Made by a program: the position numbers and the translations under genes. Positions 37,128 through 50,194 of a stretch of 64,000 nt of DNA are shown in pieces. The stretch's first letter is position 1. The number at the start of each line of letters is the position of its first letter. A model generated the notes under the pieces. It had not been told where the DNA came from and did not search any database. It worked only from the letters and a program-made list of their open reading frames with translations. The stretch is taken from positions 82,026,001 through 82,090,000 of the forward strand of contig NC_043004.1 of NCBI RefSeq assembly GCF_006345805.1. The letters are read 5' to 3'. Source of the DNA: Octopus sinensis (Eukaryota).

Positions 37128-37480
37128 AAGAAGAAGAAGAAGAAACGAATGAGCTGATGGACGAAAAGAAGTGAAAGAAGGAAGCGGAGGAGAAAAGATA
37201 ATAAAGAGAGACAGAGAAAAGAAAGAAAAAAGAGGAGGACCGGGATAGAAATTTTAAAAAAAGACGAAAATACGAGAGGACATAAGATGGAGAAAAATAG
37301 GAAAGAAGAGGAGGAGGGGATAATGGAGAAGAAAAAAACTGGGAGGATAAAGAAAAAGAATAAGAGGAAGAAGAAAAGCAAGAAGTATAAAGAAAGAAAA
37401 GGTGATGGAAGAAGAAGATGATGGGGAGGAAGATGGTGTGGAATGAAGGGCTGGATGTATACAATTAGTTTGACTCCAGG
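36950..37480. repeat. (GAA)n/(AAT)n and low-complexity polypurine tract
   Basis: Direct inspection. Confidence 0.85.
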
Positions 37481-38041
37481 CAGAAAGGAAGCTAGCATCG
37501 ACTTTGGTAGGATTTGAACTCAGACGGTAGGATTTGAACGGGACGAAACTAAATAGCGCAGTAAGAAATTTTAGTTCGATTTTCTACCGATTCTGCTAAT
37601 CCTTTGCCTCTTATGCAAGTTAGAAGTCTCCAAGAAGGAATATAATGAAAGAAATAGGATTGTAACCAAAAGGAATGAATTAGCAAGAGAAAGAAAGAAA
37701 GAATGATACAACTGATGACTAGCTGGAGTGATTGAATGAATGAATGAAGGAAGGAACAGTTTAATTGAAAGAATGAATGGATGAATGAGCGTGGGAATCT
37801 TCCAAAGAATGAATGAAGTCGTGTAACAAGCAACGGAAAATTAAATGCCATGTTGAGAGTAAAAAGAAAAAATGCAAAATAAATAAATAAATAAATAAAT
37901 AAATATCGGTAAAGAAAGAAAAATGAAAGAATAGTTACATGGAAGACCGTTAAAAATATAAGCTAAAAAAAAAAAAAGAATTTACTATCAAATAAAAAAT
38001 TTAAAAAACAATATGAATGAAATAAAGCAGTGAGAGTAAGA

Positions 38042-38097
<56 letters not shown>

Positions 38098-38170
38098 CGA
38101 CTTAATCCCTTTGTCTGTCCTTGTTTATCCCCTCTATGTTTAGCCCCTTGTGGGTAGTAAAGAAATAAAA
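38098..38170 (+). mobile_element. SINE B1 tail-only stub inside (ATT)n
   Basis: CGACTTAATCCCTTTGTCTGTCC...GGGTAGTAAAGAAATA flanked by ATT repeats. Confidence 0.75.
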
Positions 38171-38202
<32 letters not shown>

Positions 38203-39063
38203 CATGTGTGGCTTTTTTCGTTCTGAGTTAAAAATATCTGTGGAATAAAAAATAATTAAATTCTATAAATAAACCAAGACGGTAGAAGAAGAGAAAGAAA
38301 AAAAATATAAGAAAATTAATTTCGCTAAGAGATTCAGTCTTTTATTTACCATTTTAGTCTTTCATTGGTTCCAGCTTAGAATGCTGTGGGCATGTTGGGT
38401 CTAGATCGCTTATGAAAAAATAACTTGCCAAAGTAAATTATTTTCGCGTTCTAAATGAAATGTATTTGGGTTAGAAAAAATACAAGATGGCGGCAGTTAC
38501 GAATGAAAAAAATGATTTTAGCTAAAAATATATGTACACTTTTTAATTCTTCGTGAATATTGGTCATGCTAAGACACAGTGAATGGATTAAATTTGGTAA
38601 AAATCGGTTATGGAAGAATCTTAGGGGGAAAATGACAAAAATAAACAAAACAAAATAAAAGAATAAAGGACCGGTATGGGTGCAGTCTATAGTCACGTGA
38701 CTGCAGAAATGGCAATGGATTGTACCATTTGTCTGACGCAACTGTGCTTACAAATATGAAGGATACTTTTGTTGTTTAACGCTGAACTTACAAAAAGAAA
38801 GCTGGAACATTTTTTAAATCATAAACAGGACTACTTCATCGGGACTAACATGAATGTGAGTGGTGGGGTGGGGGGTTGCACCAAAATGGAAGAAAAGATA
38901 AAGAAAAGAAAGATCGAAGCGAAATATTTAACGAGGGGTAAACGTATATGGCCGATACTCTCTTCGTAGTTATGTCCTCCTACGAACCTGGGATAACCCC
39001 AAACACTGAGCGGTTGATTTATAGATGCACTGCATATATATGTATCCACACACAAACACACAT

Positions 39064-39108
<45 letters not shown>

Positions 39109-39150
39109 GTCACGCTCTTACAAACACACACACACGTATATACATACATA

Positions 39151-39215
<65 letters not shown>

Positions 39216-39484
39216 CACATGCATAAGCTTAGGAAATTGGACTTGGTCAAGCCAGAAAAGATACGATTAGTTAGAAAAATATTATCATAAGTGGTAAGTG
39301 GAACTATAAAAATATGTGAAACTTTCGAAAACTCTAGCGTTTAGTTCCTACAGAGGTAAAAATATGAATATTTACGAGCAACGTTTGCGCTTTGTAGCTT
39401 TGTTAGAAACCTGCTCCTTCGTCGAATGAAGAATTTAAATAATTAAAAACATAACTAGATATACATAAATACATACTTAAGATA

Positions 39485-39690
39485 TTGGCTTCAAATATTG
39501 GCTCAAGGCCAGCAATTTTGGGAGAGGGGACTAATCAGTTATATCGACCCCCAGTGTCAACTGCTTATCTATTCTATCGACCCCTAAAGTTGAAAGGCAA
39601 AGTCAAACCCAGTGGAATTTGAACTCAGGACGTAAAGACGGACGAAATGCTGCTAAGCATTTTACCTGGGGTGTTAACGATTCTGCCAGT
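39485..39690 (-). mobile_element. SINE family B2
   Basis: TTCAAATATTGGCTCAAGGCCAGCAATTTT...GAATTTGAACTCAGGACG. Confidence 0.7.
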
Positions 39691-40154
39691 TAATACATTA
39701 TTAACTAGACAAATTTTAATAATACAGCCATAATCCTGGTTGAAAGAGCGTCTCTTTATGTATTGGCGCGACATATTAAACATAAAAATCCAAACGAACA
39801 AATACACACACATTAGAAAATCGCCATTACGAGACGTTAATGGATCTGTAAATATATGCTGCGTATTCTAAATATTTGGCCTGCAGTATATATACTTATA
39901 GAATTGTAAAGACATGGGAAATATATGGATATTATATACATATATCTAGGTCAAAATATACCGATTCATATATGTAATAATATATGCATGTATACAAGGT
40001 AGTTTGCATAGATATATGAGTGCACATACATACATACATATATACATACATACATACATACATACATACATACATACATACATACATACATACATACATA
40101 CATACATACATACATACATTTTGCACAGCATGTTAACGATTCTGCCAGCTCGTC

Positions 40155-40507
40155 TACGCTGAACTATTGAGAAATCTGCAGTTGCTATATCCAGATTACA
40201 AGTTCAGGTTTATACCTGTAATAATTGGGACACTAGGATATGGACACACACAGCCTTAAAACCAATCTTGAGAAATTAGGCTTTTCAAAAGCAGCAAGGA
40301 GAAAGCTAATTCGAAGACTACAGATCAAATCCATCACTGGAACTGTACAAATCTGTAAAATTTTCCAGAAGTTTGTCATTTAAATATATATGAGCATGTC
40401 TAGATATGCAACTATATGCATGAGAATATATGCGTAAAGAAATACATACAAATCTGTACATGTATATACATGCATGCATACATACATACATACATACATA
40501 CATACAT

Positions 40508-40566
<59 letters not shown>

Positions 40567-40655
40567 TACAAAACAAAATACCCTGTTGTTGATGTTGAAG
40601 TTCCAATAACGGAGCTTTGGATGGCAAGAAATCTTGAAATAAAACTGAACAATGA
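40155..40655 (+). mobile_element. 3' end of an RLE-type (R2 superfamily) LINE embedded in (CATA)n
   Basis: YAELLRNLQLLYPDYKFRFIPVIIGTLGY/SLKTNLEKLGF...LQIKSITGTVQICKIFQKFVI*; the putative 3' UTR contains (CATA)/(CAGA) runs and returns to CATA repeats. Confidence 0.7.
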
Positions 40656-41465
40656 CATACATATATAAAAACATAAATATATACACACCAACATATATAC
40701 ATACAAACATGCTTATATACATGCATACATACATCCATGCATACATACATACAAACATACATACATACATACATACATACATACATACATACATACATAC
40801 ATACATACATACACATACATACATCAGTCCAGATATACATACTTATAAAAACGCATACAACTTCAATACTTGATACCTATTACACACACATACAAAGATA
40901 CATACATAGACATATGTATGTATATTTCCATATCTACAAAAAAGTATACATCATTACATATTTACGTACAAAATACACACATATATACATACATGCTTAG
41001 CTACATTTATATTTATCGACATGCATATATTCATACATAAAGATATACATAAACACACAAACAACTATACATACATTCATAAATACAAATATATATACGT
41101 CCATGCATACATATATATATATATACATACATATATATATATACACTCATAGAAACGCTGATGCATATGCATACTTCTTGTTGCATACATGTGTGTATGT
41201 ATAACATGCATACATATGAAGGTACCTACATGTATTCATGCATGCATAACTTTTCACTCACACACACACACAAACATGCATACATAAATTTATACATACA
41301 AATATACATATATAAGCTGAAATACATTGATATACCAATGTATACGTACGCACAAATATTCAGAAATGAATATACGATATCGTATATTTACATATACATA
41401 TATATATATATATGTATATATTCATATATATTATATATGTATATATATATATATTATTATATATA

Positions 41466-41496
<31 letters not shown>

Positions 41497-41505
41497 GATA
41501 TATAC

Positions 41506-41539
<34 letters not shown>

Positions 41540-41544
41540 TATAA

Positions 41545-41889
41545 TGTGAATAGAAAGATGAATAATCTTGTAGTAGATTAATCAAAGTTTAACCGATACC
41601 TTAGTAGCAAAAATCACAGCAGTAAACAGCACGGTTGGAGGTACAACCATCTGGCGTTGCAACCGTGCGTTGGTGCGGATAATTGAAATTAAAACATTAT
41701 TGGTGAATTGTAGAAATGGAGCTGAACGCAGATTGAACAGAAATCGTTTTATTTCATTCTACACGTGTTTCGAAAGGCACAATTCAATCGGATTTTGGTA
41801 ATTTGTGCCTTTCGAAACACGTGTAGAATGAATAAAACGATTTCTGTTCAATCTGCGTTCAGCTCCATTTCTACAATTCACCAATAATG

Positions 41890-41891
<2 letters not shown>
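41545..41891. mobile_element. Penelope-type short repeat ending in a ~200 bp palindrome with hammerhead 3' halves
   Basis: Arms 41693-41782 and 41803-41891 (1 indel); GAAA-CACGTG-TA-GAATG on both strands; left part homologous to 45027-45246. Confidence 0.65.
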
Positions 41892-41920
<29 letters not shown>

Positions 41921-41924
<4 letters not shown>

Positions 41925-42058
41925 TAGAAATGAGGTACTCAGAAAATCGGATGGTTTATATTTACAGATATTTATTTGTACATTACATTTTTTTCTGAGT
42001 ACCTAATTTCTTCTAATATATAATACCTGTACATCATCTCCAAAGCTTCCAATATATA

Positions 42059-42125
<67 letters not shown>

Positions 42126-42190
42126 AGCTTTGGAGATGATGTACAGGTATTATATATTAGAAGAAATTAGGTACTCAGAAAAAAAAAATA
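41921..42190. repeat. Small inverted-repeat element plus a perfect 65 bp inverted duplication around (TA)n
   Basis: TAGTAGAAATGAGGTACTCAGAAAA / TTTTCTGAGTACCTAATTTCTTCTA; 41988-42052 is the reverse complement of 42121-42185. Confidence 0.7.
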
Positions 42191-42203
42191 TATATAATAT
42201 ATA

Positions 42204-42303
42204 NNNNNNNNNNNNNNNNNNNNNNNNNNNNNNNNNNNNNNNNNNNNNNNNNNNNNNNNNNNNNNNNNNNNNNNNNNNNNNNNNNNNNNNNNNNNNNNNN
42301 NNN
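42204..42303. other. Assembly gap (100 N)
   Basis: Run of N. Confidence 1.
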
Positions 42304-42424
42304 CTAATGGAAAGAGACCCCGGCAGAAACAATGAAATATACTTACATATGCATGTATAGATAGATAGACAGACAGATATACATAAATATATTCATGTGC
42401 ATACGGTCATACCTATATATATAA

Positions 42425-42655
42425 GACGGCGAGCTGGCAGAAACGTTAGCACGCCGGGCGAAATTCGTAGCCGTATTTCGTCTGTCGTTACGTTCCGAGT
42501 TCAAATTCCGCCGAGGTCGACTATGCCTTTCATCCTTTCGGGGTCGATAAATTAAGTACCAGTTACGCACTGGGGTCGATGTAGTCGACTTAATCCCTTT
42601 GTCTGTCCTTGTTTGTCCCCTCTGTGTTTAGCCCCTTGTGGGTAGTAAAGAAATA
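42425..42655 (+). mobile_element. SINE family B1, full length
   Basis: Near-identical to 3960-4193. Confidence 0.9.
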
Positions 42656-42659
42656 TATA

Positions 42660-42815
42660 TATATACGACGGGCTTCTTTCAGTTTCCGTATACCAAATCC
42701 ACTCACAAGGCGTGGTCGCTTTGAAGCTATAGTAGAAGACACTTCTCAAGGTGCCACGCAGTGTGACTGAACCCGGAACCATGTGGTTGGTAAGCAAACT
42801 ATTTACCACACAGCT
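42660..42815 (-). mobile_element. SINE family A head
   Basis: ACGACGGGCTTCTTTCAGTTTCCG...CTGAACCCGGAACCATGTGGTTGG. Confidence 0.8.
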
Positions 42816-43255
42816 ATTTATATGTTTAGCAGAGGAGACTTACAAGGGTATAAAGACACAAAATATAAGGGCAGAAGGTATGGGGTTACGGGTCCGAAGG
42901 CGCTTTCTGAGGGCTCGGAATTACGTCATAGTTTTGGCAGATGCAGAACGTCGAAAGTCAATGGATATGCAATCAGTAGTGGAAGCATATAAACATTAAG
43001 TAAATCCGGCCTCCGTCTTCAGTGGGGAGAGATAGGTACCTAACATCTAAAGGCATAATCCAGAGAAATTTATATGTAAACATATATACATACATATATG
43101 GTTATATACACACGCACATACATACATACAAACATACATACAAATAGATAGATAGATAGATGCATTTATCTATGTATATATATTATATATATATTATATA
43201 TATATAATATATATATACACACATAGTATATATATTATATATAGGTGTATATATG

Positions 43256-43310
<55 letters not shown>

Positions 43311-44241
43311 GTATATATATATTATATATAGGTGTATATATATATATACACACATAGTATATATATTATATGTAGGTGTGTGTATATATATATATATGGA
43401 TGCATATATATACTTATATGTATTTATATATATATAACATATATATATTCTCATATATATATGTGTATATATAAATATATATTCATACATATATATATAT
43501 ATGTTATTATAGAAATATGCATATATATATATACATATATTATATATATACATGCATATATGCATACATATATACATATATTACTCACACACATGCACAC
43601 ATATGTCCATACATTCATATATAATATTGTATATTAAAACTACCTTTAAGATAGCTAGTTAGCGCTAATATATGTATGTATAACATACCCTATTCAAATT
43701 TATATATATAGTTATCCAATGAAATATACACACGAACTCATTCAAAGATGTTTAAACATTTTCAGACACGAAGAAATAAATTGGTTGAACGGAGAATTAT
43801 TTTTCGAATCCAAGACACTTTGAAAAAATTACTTACATAGCATTTCCTTTCCTTGTTTTTGAGCTTCATTCTCTGGAGTTTCCAATAGTTGAGTGTCACC
43901 TGAATGATATATATTTATTAAGGATAGTTTTCTTACCAACAACTGGCTCACTACCACACAGCATACATTCATTCGAAGGTTTATCAGTTAAGATTATGGA
44001 ATTCTCTCCCTTACTTAGAAAGACAAGATTTATCATCAAATCAATAGCTTTTATCTTTTATATTTTTCTTTACCATTGTTATAATAATTGACTACTTAAA
44101 AACAAAAGCAAAACTCATTTGTTTATTCATTTATGTATTTTTCTGGGAAGTTTTATGCACTGCAGAATGAAAAAAAACAAGTCGGTAAAACCCAGGGATT
44201 ATAGGAATACGAATACGTATGTATGCATGTACACACACACA

Positions 44242-44293
<52 letters not shown>

Positions 44294-44300
44294 CACACAC

Positions 44301-44347
<47 letters not shown>

Positions 44348-44350
44348 TAT

Positions 44351-44500
44351 ATGGTGGTTGTCTACTCCTTATGCAGAGTTTGACCACCTCATGTACCAAC
44401 ACCTTAGAACCATCGTGGCATCTGATGTGGCTTTCTAAACCAGACAATGTTCTGAAAACACACCCACATGGATTGCATGGACCACCAGGAACTGCAGATT
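44351..44500 (-). mobile_element. Probable RTE-type LINE 3' end with terminal C2H2 finger
   Basis: Minus CNPCGCVFRTLSGLESHIRCH (C-x2-C-x12-H-x3-H), then a short UTR ending ...GACAACCACCA-(TA)n. Confidence 0.6.
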
Positions 44501-44915
44501 AGTTCTGTTCTTTGTGGATCTTAAAATGTCTTTTGTGGCCTCCGTTAGATTTGCAAACCTTATGGCATACATTTTAACACTATACATATCTATCATTTTC
44601 CGTTAAAATGTCCTATTGACGAGTTTCATTTCTTCACTTCCCTGAAGAGAAGATTACATTGTTTTACACCATTTTATTCCTTTGGAATAATATCGGTGAA
44701 ATCTTCGAAACATGTGTCGGAAGTAAAGGTATTTGAATTATACCTGCGTTGATCACCATTTATTTATTTATATATTATACAAAAAAATTACACGTAAACC
44801 CTAAGTTTCTACCTTTTAAAAAAGGAGTTACAACCTCTTTACTTGTGTGATTTTTTGCTACCCTGGTAACTATATATCTATTTTCCGTGTTAATTGTTAA
44901 CAAGTGAAAAATACA

Positions 44916-44957
<42 letters not shown>

Positions 44958-44992
44958 ATATATATTATATATATATCTAATATACATGTATA

Positions 44993-45026
<34 letters not shown>

Positions 45027-45030
<4 letters not shown>

Positions 45031-45246
45031 TGAAATAGAAAGATGAATAATCTTGTTGCAGATTAATCAGAAGTTTAACCGATACTTGGTAGCAAAAATC
45101 ACAGGCAGAGGAAAGCACGGTTGGAGGTACAACCATATGGTGTTGCAACCGTGCGTTGGTGCGGATAATTGAATTTTAATATTATTAGTGAATTGAAGAA
45201 ATGGAGTTGAACGACGATGAACAGAAATCTTTTATTGCATTCTACA
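45027..45246 (-). mobile_element. Second copy of the 41545-41765 repeat
   Basis: AATAGAAAGATGAATAATCTTG...GCACGGTTGGAGGTACAACC...GCATTCTACA. Confidence 0.7.
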
Positions 45247-45406
45247 TATATATACATGTATATATATATATATATATATTACATGTATATATATATATAC
45301 TGTTATATATATATATATATATCTATATTACATGTATATGTATATATATATTACATGTATATATATATATATATATATACATGTATATATATATATTATA
45401 CATGTG

Positions 45407-45445
<39 letters not shown>

Positions 45446-45505
45446 GATATATATATATATACATGTATATATACACCATATATATATATACATGTATATA
45501 TATAT

Positions 45506-45545
<40 letters not shown>

Positions 45546-45769
45546 ATTATATATTACATATATAACATATATATATGTACGTTCGTATGTGTTGTTATGT
45601 GTAGTATACCATGTACAGGTGTTTGTATACATGTATGAATGATATTTATATACCTAGCATATGTATATGTATGCGTGTATATATATAATATAATATACAG
45701 ATAGAGAGAGATTGAGAGAGAGAGAGAGATGAGAGAGAGAGATGAGAGAGAGAGATGAGAGAGAGAGAT

Positions 45770-45833
<64 letters not shown>

Positions 45834-46675
45834 GATCGACAGATATAAAGACAGGTCGTAAAATAGGCTGAGAGACAGGTGTATAGATTTATAGATTTGG
45901 TTATATAAGCTAAGATATTGTAATTAATTCTATCTCCAAATCCATCCCTTTAATCGTAGTCTCTTTAAAAACCACGGACATATTTAAAAAAGGAATCTTA
46001 TAACAGGATTCTGCCCCCCATTCCGGGGGCCAATATCGATAGAATGGTATTGATTAATAATCCTTACTTAGTGTAAGCGGCAGAGAGGCTTTTTGTAGTG
46101 GTTCTATTTGACTTCCACCTGAAATATTAAAATATATAGAGTATATACAGCCTTTGCATAAATTTGCATAATCAAATACACACACAAGCCCATATATATA
46201 TACATACGTAAATGTGATTATTTTAGAAAGATCGAATCTCGAAGCAAATAAAGCTGAAAATAATAGCACGTAAATATCGGGTTTAAAAAAAAAAAGCATT
46301 TTGAATAGAAGTAGTCTAAGTCTGCGCTTTAGACGCGAACGTACATCTCATGTAAACTTGAGAGAGGTTCTACCATTGGACCAAAGCAATCCTTGGAATT
46401 TCTCTCTCTCTCCATTTCAGAAACTTTATTCTTACCAGCGAGAATGAACGTTTCTATGTGTTAAAAAGGATGTTTCAACGCAACATTTACACACTGTTAT
46501 TTATAGCATTGTTCACTTCGAGATTCACTGCTCCAGAAAAACAAAAAAAAACAAAAAAAAAACAAACATTTAACGTTTTCGAAATTTATAAATTCTAAAC
46601 ATCAGTAACACACACAGGTTCATATATATATGTGTGTGTGTGTGTGTGTAATATATATACTATATAATATATATA

Positions 46676-46715
<40 letters not shown>

Positions 46716-46718
<3 letters not shown>

Positions 46719-47105
46719 CTGTGTTGTAAGTAGCTTGCTTACCAACCACATGGTTCCGGGTTCAGTCCCACTGCGTGGCACCTTGGGCCAAGTGTCTTCT
46801 ACTATAGCCTCGGGCAGACCAAAGCCTTGTGAGTGGATTTGGTAGATGGAAACTGAAAGAAGCCCGTCGTATATATGTATATATGTGTGTGTGTATGTTT
46901 GTGTGTCTGTGTTTGTCCCCCTAGCATTGCTTGACAACCGATGCTGGTATCTTTATGTCCCGTCACTTAGCGGTTCGGCAAAAGAGACCGATAGAATAAG
47001 TACTAGGCTTACACAAAGAATAAGTTCCGGGGTCGATGTGCTCGACTAAAGGCGGTGCTCCAGCATGGCCGCAGTCAAATGACTGAAACAAGTAAAAGAG
47101 TAGAG
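46716..47105 (+). mobile_element. SINE family A, full length
   Basis: Head, internal (TA/TG) tract, tail GGCGGTGCTCCAGCATGGCCGCAGTCAAATGACTGAAACAAG. Confidence 0.9.
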
Positions 47106-47244
47106 TATATATATAGACCCACACACATTTAACCCAAAGTAGAACTTACGATATGACATTTATTTTTTTTACATTTGAATCTATATCTGATGAGATTACT
47201 TATACTTTACATGAAATGTGTTGTAATAATACAAAATCCCATGA

Positions 47245-47740
47245 GACGGTGGGCAGGCAGAATTCTTTGCACTCTAGCTAAAATGTTAAGCGGCATTTCA
47301 TTCGTCTTTACTTTGAGTTCAAATTCCGCCGAGGTCGACTTTGCCCTTCGTCCTTTCGAGATCGATAAACTAGCTATCGGTTGACCACCGGGGTTGACTT
47401 TATCGGCTTACCCCTCCAACCAAATTACTAACCTTGTGTCAAAATTTAAAATCATTAACAATAATATTGATATTGATATTTATATTTGTATTCATGAGGG
47501 CGGCGATCTGACAGAATCGTTCGTAGGCCGGACGAAATACTTAACGACATTTTGTCCGTCTTTTACGTTCTGAGTTCAAATTCCGCGAGGTTGACTTTGC
47601 TTTTTATCCTTTCATCCTTTCGGGGACAATAAAATAATTTTCTCCTATATGGGGTAACCAGTTAAGCACTGGCGGCGATGTAACTGATCACTCCCACCTC
47701 CTATACTTGCTGGCCTCGTGTCAAAATTTGAAACCAATAA
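47245..47740 (+). mobile_element. Two diverged SINE B2 copies in tandem
   Basis: GAGTTCAAATTCCGC cores near 47315 and 47575; B2 tails near 47430 and 47710. Confidence 0.7.
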
Positions 47741-48019
47741 TTATATTTATGAAATATATATACAATAGAATATTGAAACGCACGTAACTAAATAATAATA
47801 TGTAATACAAAAGACCCCTCTCCTGGGCTTCGTATATCATGCTCTAAAGTTAATTTATTTGCCCTGCAATTTCACTTTGTATGACGGTTTCCGTCAAGGT
47901 AAACCATCTTCTTGTATGCACTCTGGTTGCCGGTATTCGCAGGGGTACTTACTGAGGAACTGCTTCCGTTTTAATAGTCCTTATATATATTTATATATAT
48001 ATTTTTTTCTTTTATTTGC

Positions 48020-48222
48020 TGCTGTCATTTCATTTCGGCCATGCTGGAGCACCACCTTTAGTCGAGCAAATCGACCCCAGAACTGATTCTTTGTAAGCCT
48101 AGAATTTATGCTATCGGTCTCTTATGCAGAATCGCTAAGTTACGGGGACGTAAATACACCAACATCGGTTGTCAAGCTATGGTGCGGGAACAAACACATA
48201 CACACAACCATATATATATATA

Positions 48223-48271
<49 letters not shown>

Positions 48272-48412
48272 ATGTGTGTGTGTGTGTGTATATGTATGTA
48301 TGCATGTATGACGGTTTTCTTTCAGCCTCCGTCTACCAAATCCACTCAAAAGGCTTTGATCAGCCCGAGGCTATAGTAGAAGATACTTGCCCAAGGTGCC
48401 ACGCAGTGGGAC
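48020..48412 (-). mobile_element. SINE family A, head truncated by the TAA-docked element
   Basis: Tail to GGTGCCACGCAGTGGGAC, then joins the 48413 element through CTG microhomology. Confidence 0.85.
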
Positions 48413-48567
48413 TGTTTATCTTGATATGAGATCACCATGTCGCGTACATATGGTTGTGATGCATGTGCCTTGTGTACCTTTATCAGACGAGTAGTCATTT
48501 TGGGTATACGGGGCTTCGTATATTTAACCCCAGTGTCACTTTGATGGTATGCACTGCTCTCTCACTC
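48413..48567 (+). mobile_element. TAA-docked element, 3' part
   Basis: Ends CTGCTCTCTCACTC|(AAT)n. Confidence 0.75.
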
Positions 48568-48592
48568 AATAATAATAATAATAATAATGATG

Positions 48593-48662
<70 letters not shown>

Positions 48663-48674
48663 TAATAATTATAA

Positions 48675-48890
48675 TAAAGGTTTCAAATTTTGCCGAAAGG
48701 GCAGTAATTTTGGGGGAGGAGATGAGTCGATTACATCGACCCCAGTGTTTAACTGGTACTTATTTTATCGACCCCGAACGAAATGAAAGTTAAAGTCGAC
48801 CTCGGCGGTATTTGAGCTGAGAACGCAGCGGCAGATGAAATGCCACAAAGTTTTTTTGTCTGATGTACTAATAATGGTCCTGCCAGCTAG
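48675..48890 (-). mobile_element. SINE family B2
   Basis: GGTTTCAAATTTTGCC...GTCGACCTCGGCGG...CTGCCAGCTAGCC. Confidence 0.75.
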
Positions 48891-49176
48891 CCGACAACAA
48901 CAACATCAGTAACAACAACAACAACAACAACAACAATAACAACAATAATATATCTTACTTATTGATCTGCGCATTTTCCTTTTTCTGTCAGTTTATTTTA
49001 ATATTTCGATTTTTTTTTCTTTTTATCGGAGGCAAAAAATAAATATTTTCTTTGAATAAAGAGCAAATCTGTAACGCAAGACTAAATTGTAAGATTTCAG
49101 CCAGGAATTCAAGAATAATGCGTCAGGTATATAGAAAGAGCGAATAAGAAGTAAATATGAAGAGATGGTGACAACC

Positions 49177-49228
<52 letters not shown>

Positions 49229-49519
49229 TAAAGCAAAAAGAGGGAGAAGGAGAGAGAGTGAAACGAGATAAAGTAGAAAAGAAAGAAAGATCAAAGAAAA
49301 CAAATAAACAAAAAAACAATTATAACGGAGTGGGAAAAAGAAACGAAAAAAATTAGAAAAAGTCAATGATTAAAAAAGAAGCATGGATGGATGGATGGAA
49401 GGAACTCAAACTGAAGGAAAAAATGGTATTTATGACGTCATTGAAGTTGAACGACGTCATATCACTGCCAGCGCTACTCCGCCCCTTCCTCCTCCTCCTC
49501 CTCCCCTCCCCCACTACTT

Positions 49520-49555
<36 letters not shown>

Positions 49556-49565
49556 TAATAATAAT

Positions 49566-50005
49566 AGCAAATATTCTGCTCAATACCACAGATTTGCTCG
49601 TCAGTTGTTTGACCTTAACCAGTTGACCATGTCCCTTAGTGGCTGACAATATGTGCATCTCTGATCACGAGCAGAAGTAGTAGGGGAGCATCATAGCCAT
49701 GTGTTGAGAGGGATTCTTTGGGGTTTGAATAGTTCACCTCTGGAAACATGGGTGGTTCTTTCAACATCCTTAAACAACCCTTATTTGAGCGGGATGGGTT
49801 ACTCGACCAGAAGAAAATTCTAACTGGGCCCCACCTGCAAGGTCATGTGCTGTTTATCTTGACATTAGATCACCATGTCGCGCACATATGGTTGTGATGC
49901 ATGTGCCTGGTGTACCCTTATCAGACGGGTAGTCATGATGGGTATATTGGGCTTCGTAAATTTTACCCCAGTGTCACTTTGATGGTATGCACTGCTCTCT
50001 CACTC
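49566..50005 (+). mobile_element. TAA-docked element, 5'-truncated
   Basis: Starts after (TAC)/(TAA) repeats and ends CTCTCTCACTC|(AAT)n. Confidence 0.8.
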
Positions 50006-50053
<48 letters not shown>

Positions 50054-50055
<2 letters not shown>

Positions 50056-50120
50056 TTTTTTATTCACCATACGGTTTTACACACAGGGGACACTACAACA
50101 CATTGGGGACACAAAACATT
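50054..50120 (-). mobile_element. Probable 3' terminus of the adjacent Tx1/L1 element
   Basis: Sense ...TGTCCCCTGTGTGTAAAACCGTATGGTGAATAAAAAATC|(ATT)n, same strand as the ORF2 upstream. Confidence 0.5.
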
Positions 50121-50129
50121 AAAAAAAAA

Positions 50130-50190
50130 ATCGTACTGCGTAAATACCAATATGAAGTAACAGAGAATTGGTATGAGCATGTACCTCCGG
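50130..50190 (+). mobile_element. Tiny Dong-like fragment
   Basis: IVLRKYQYEVTENWYEHVP matches the KY...WY.H.P motif upstream of the RLE domain. Confidence 0.5.
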
Positions 50191-50194
50191 TTTA

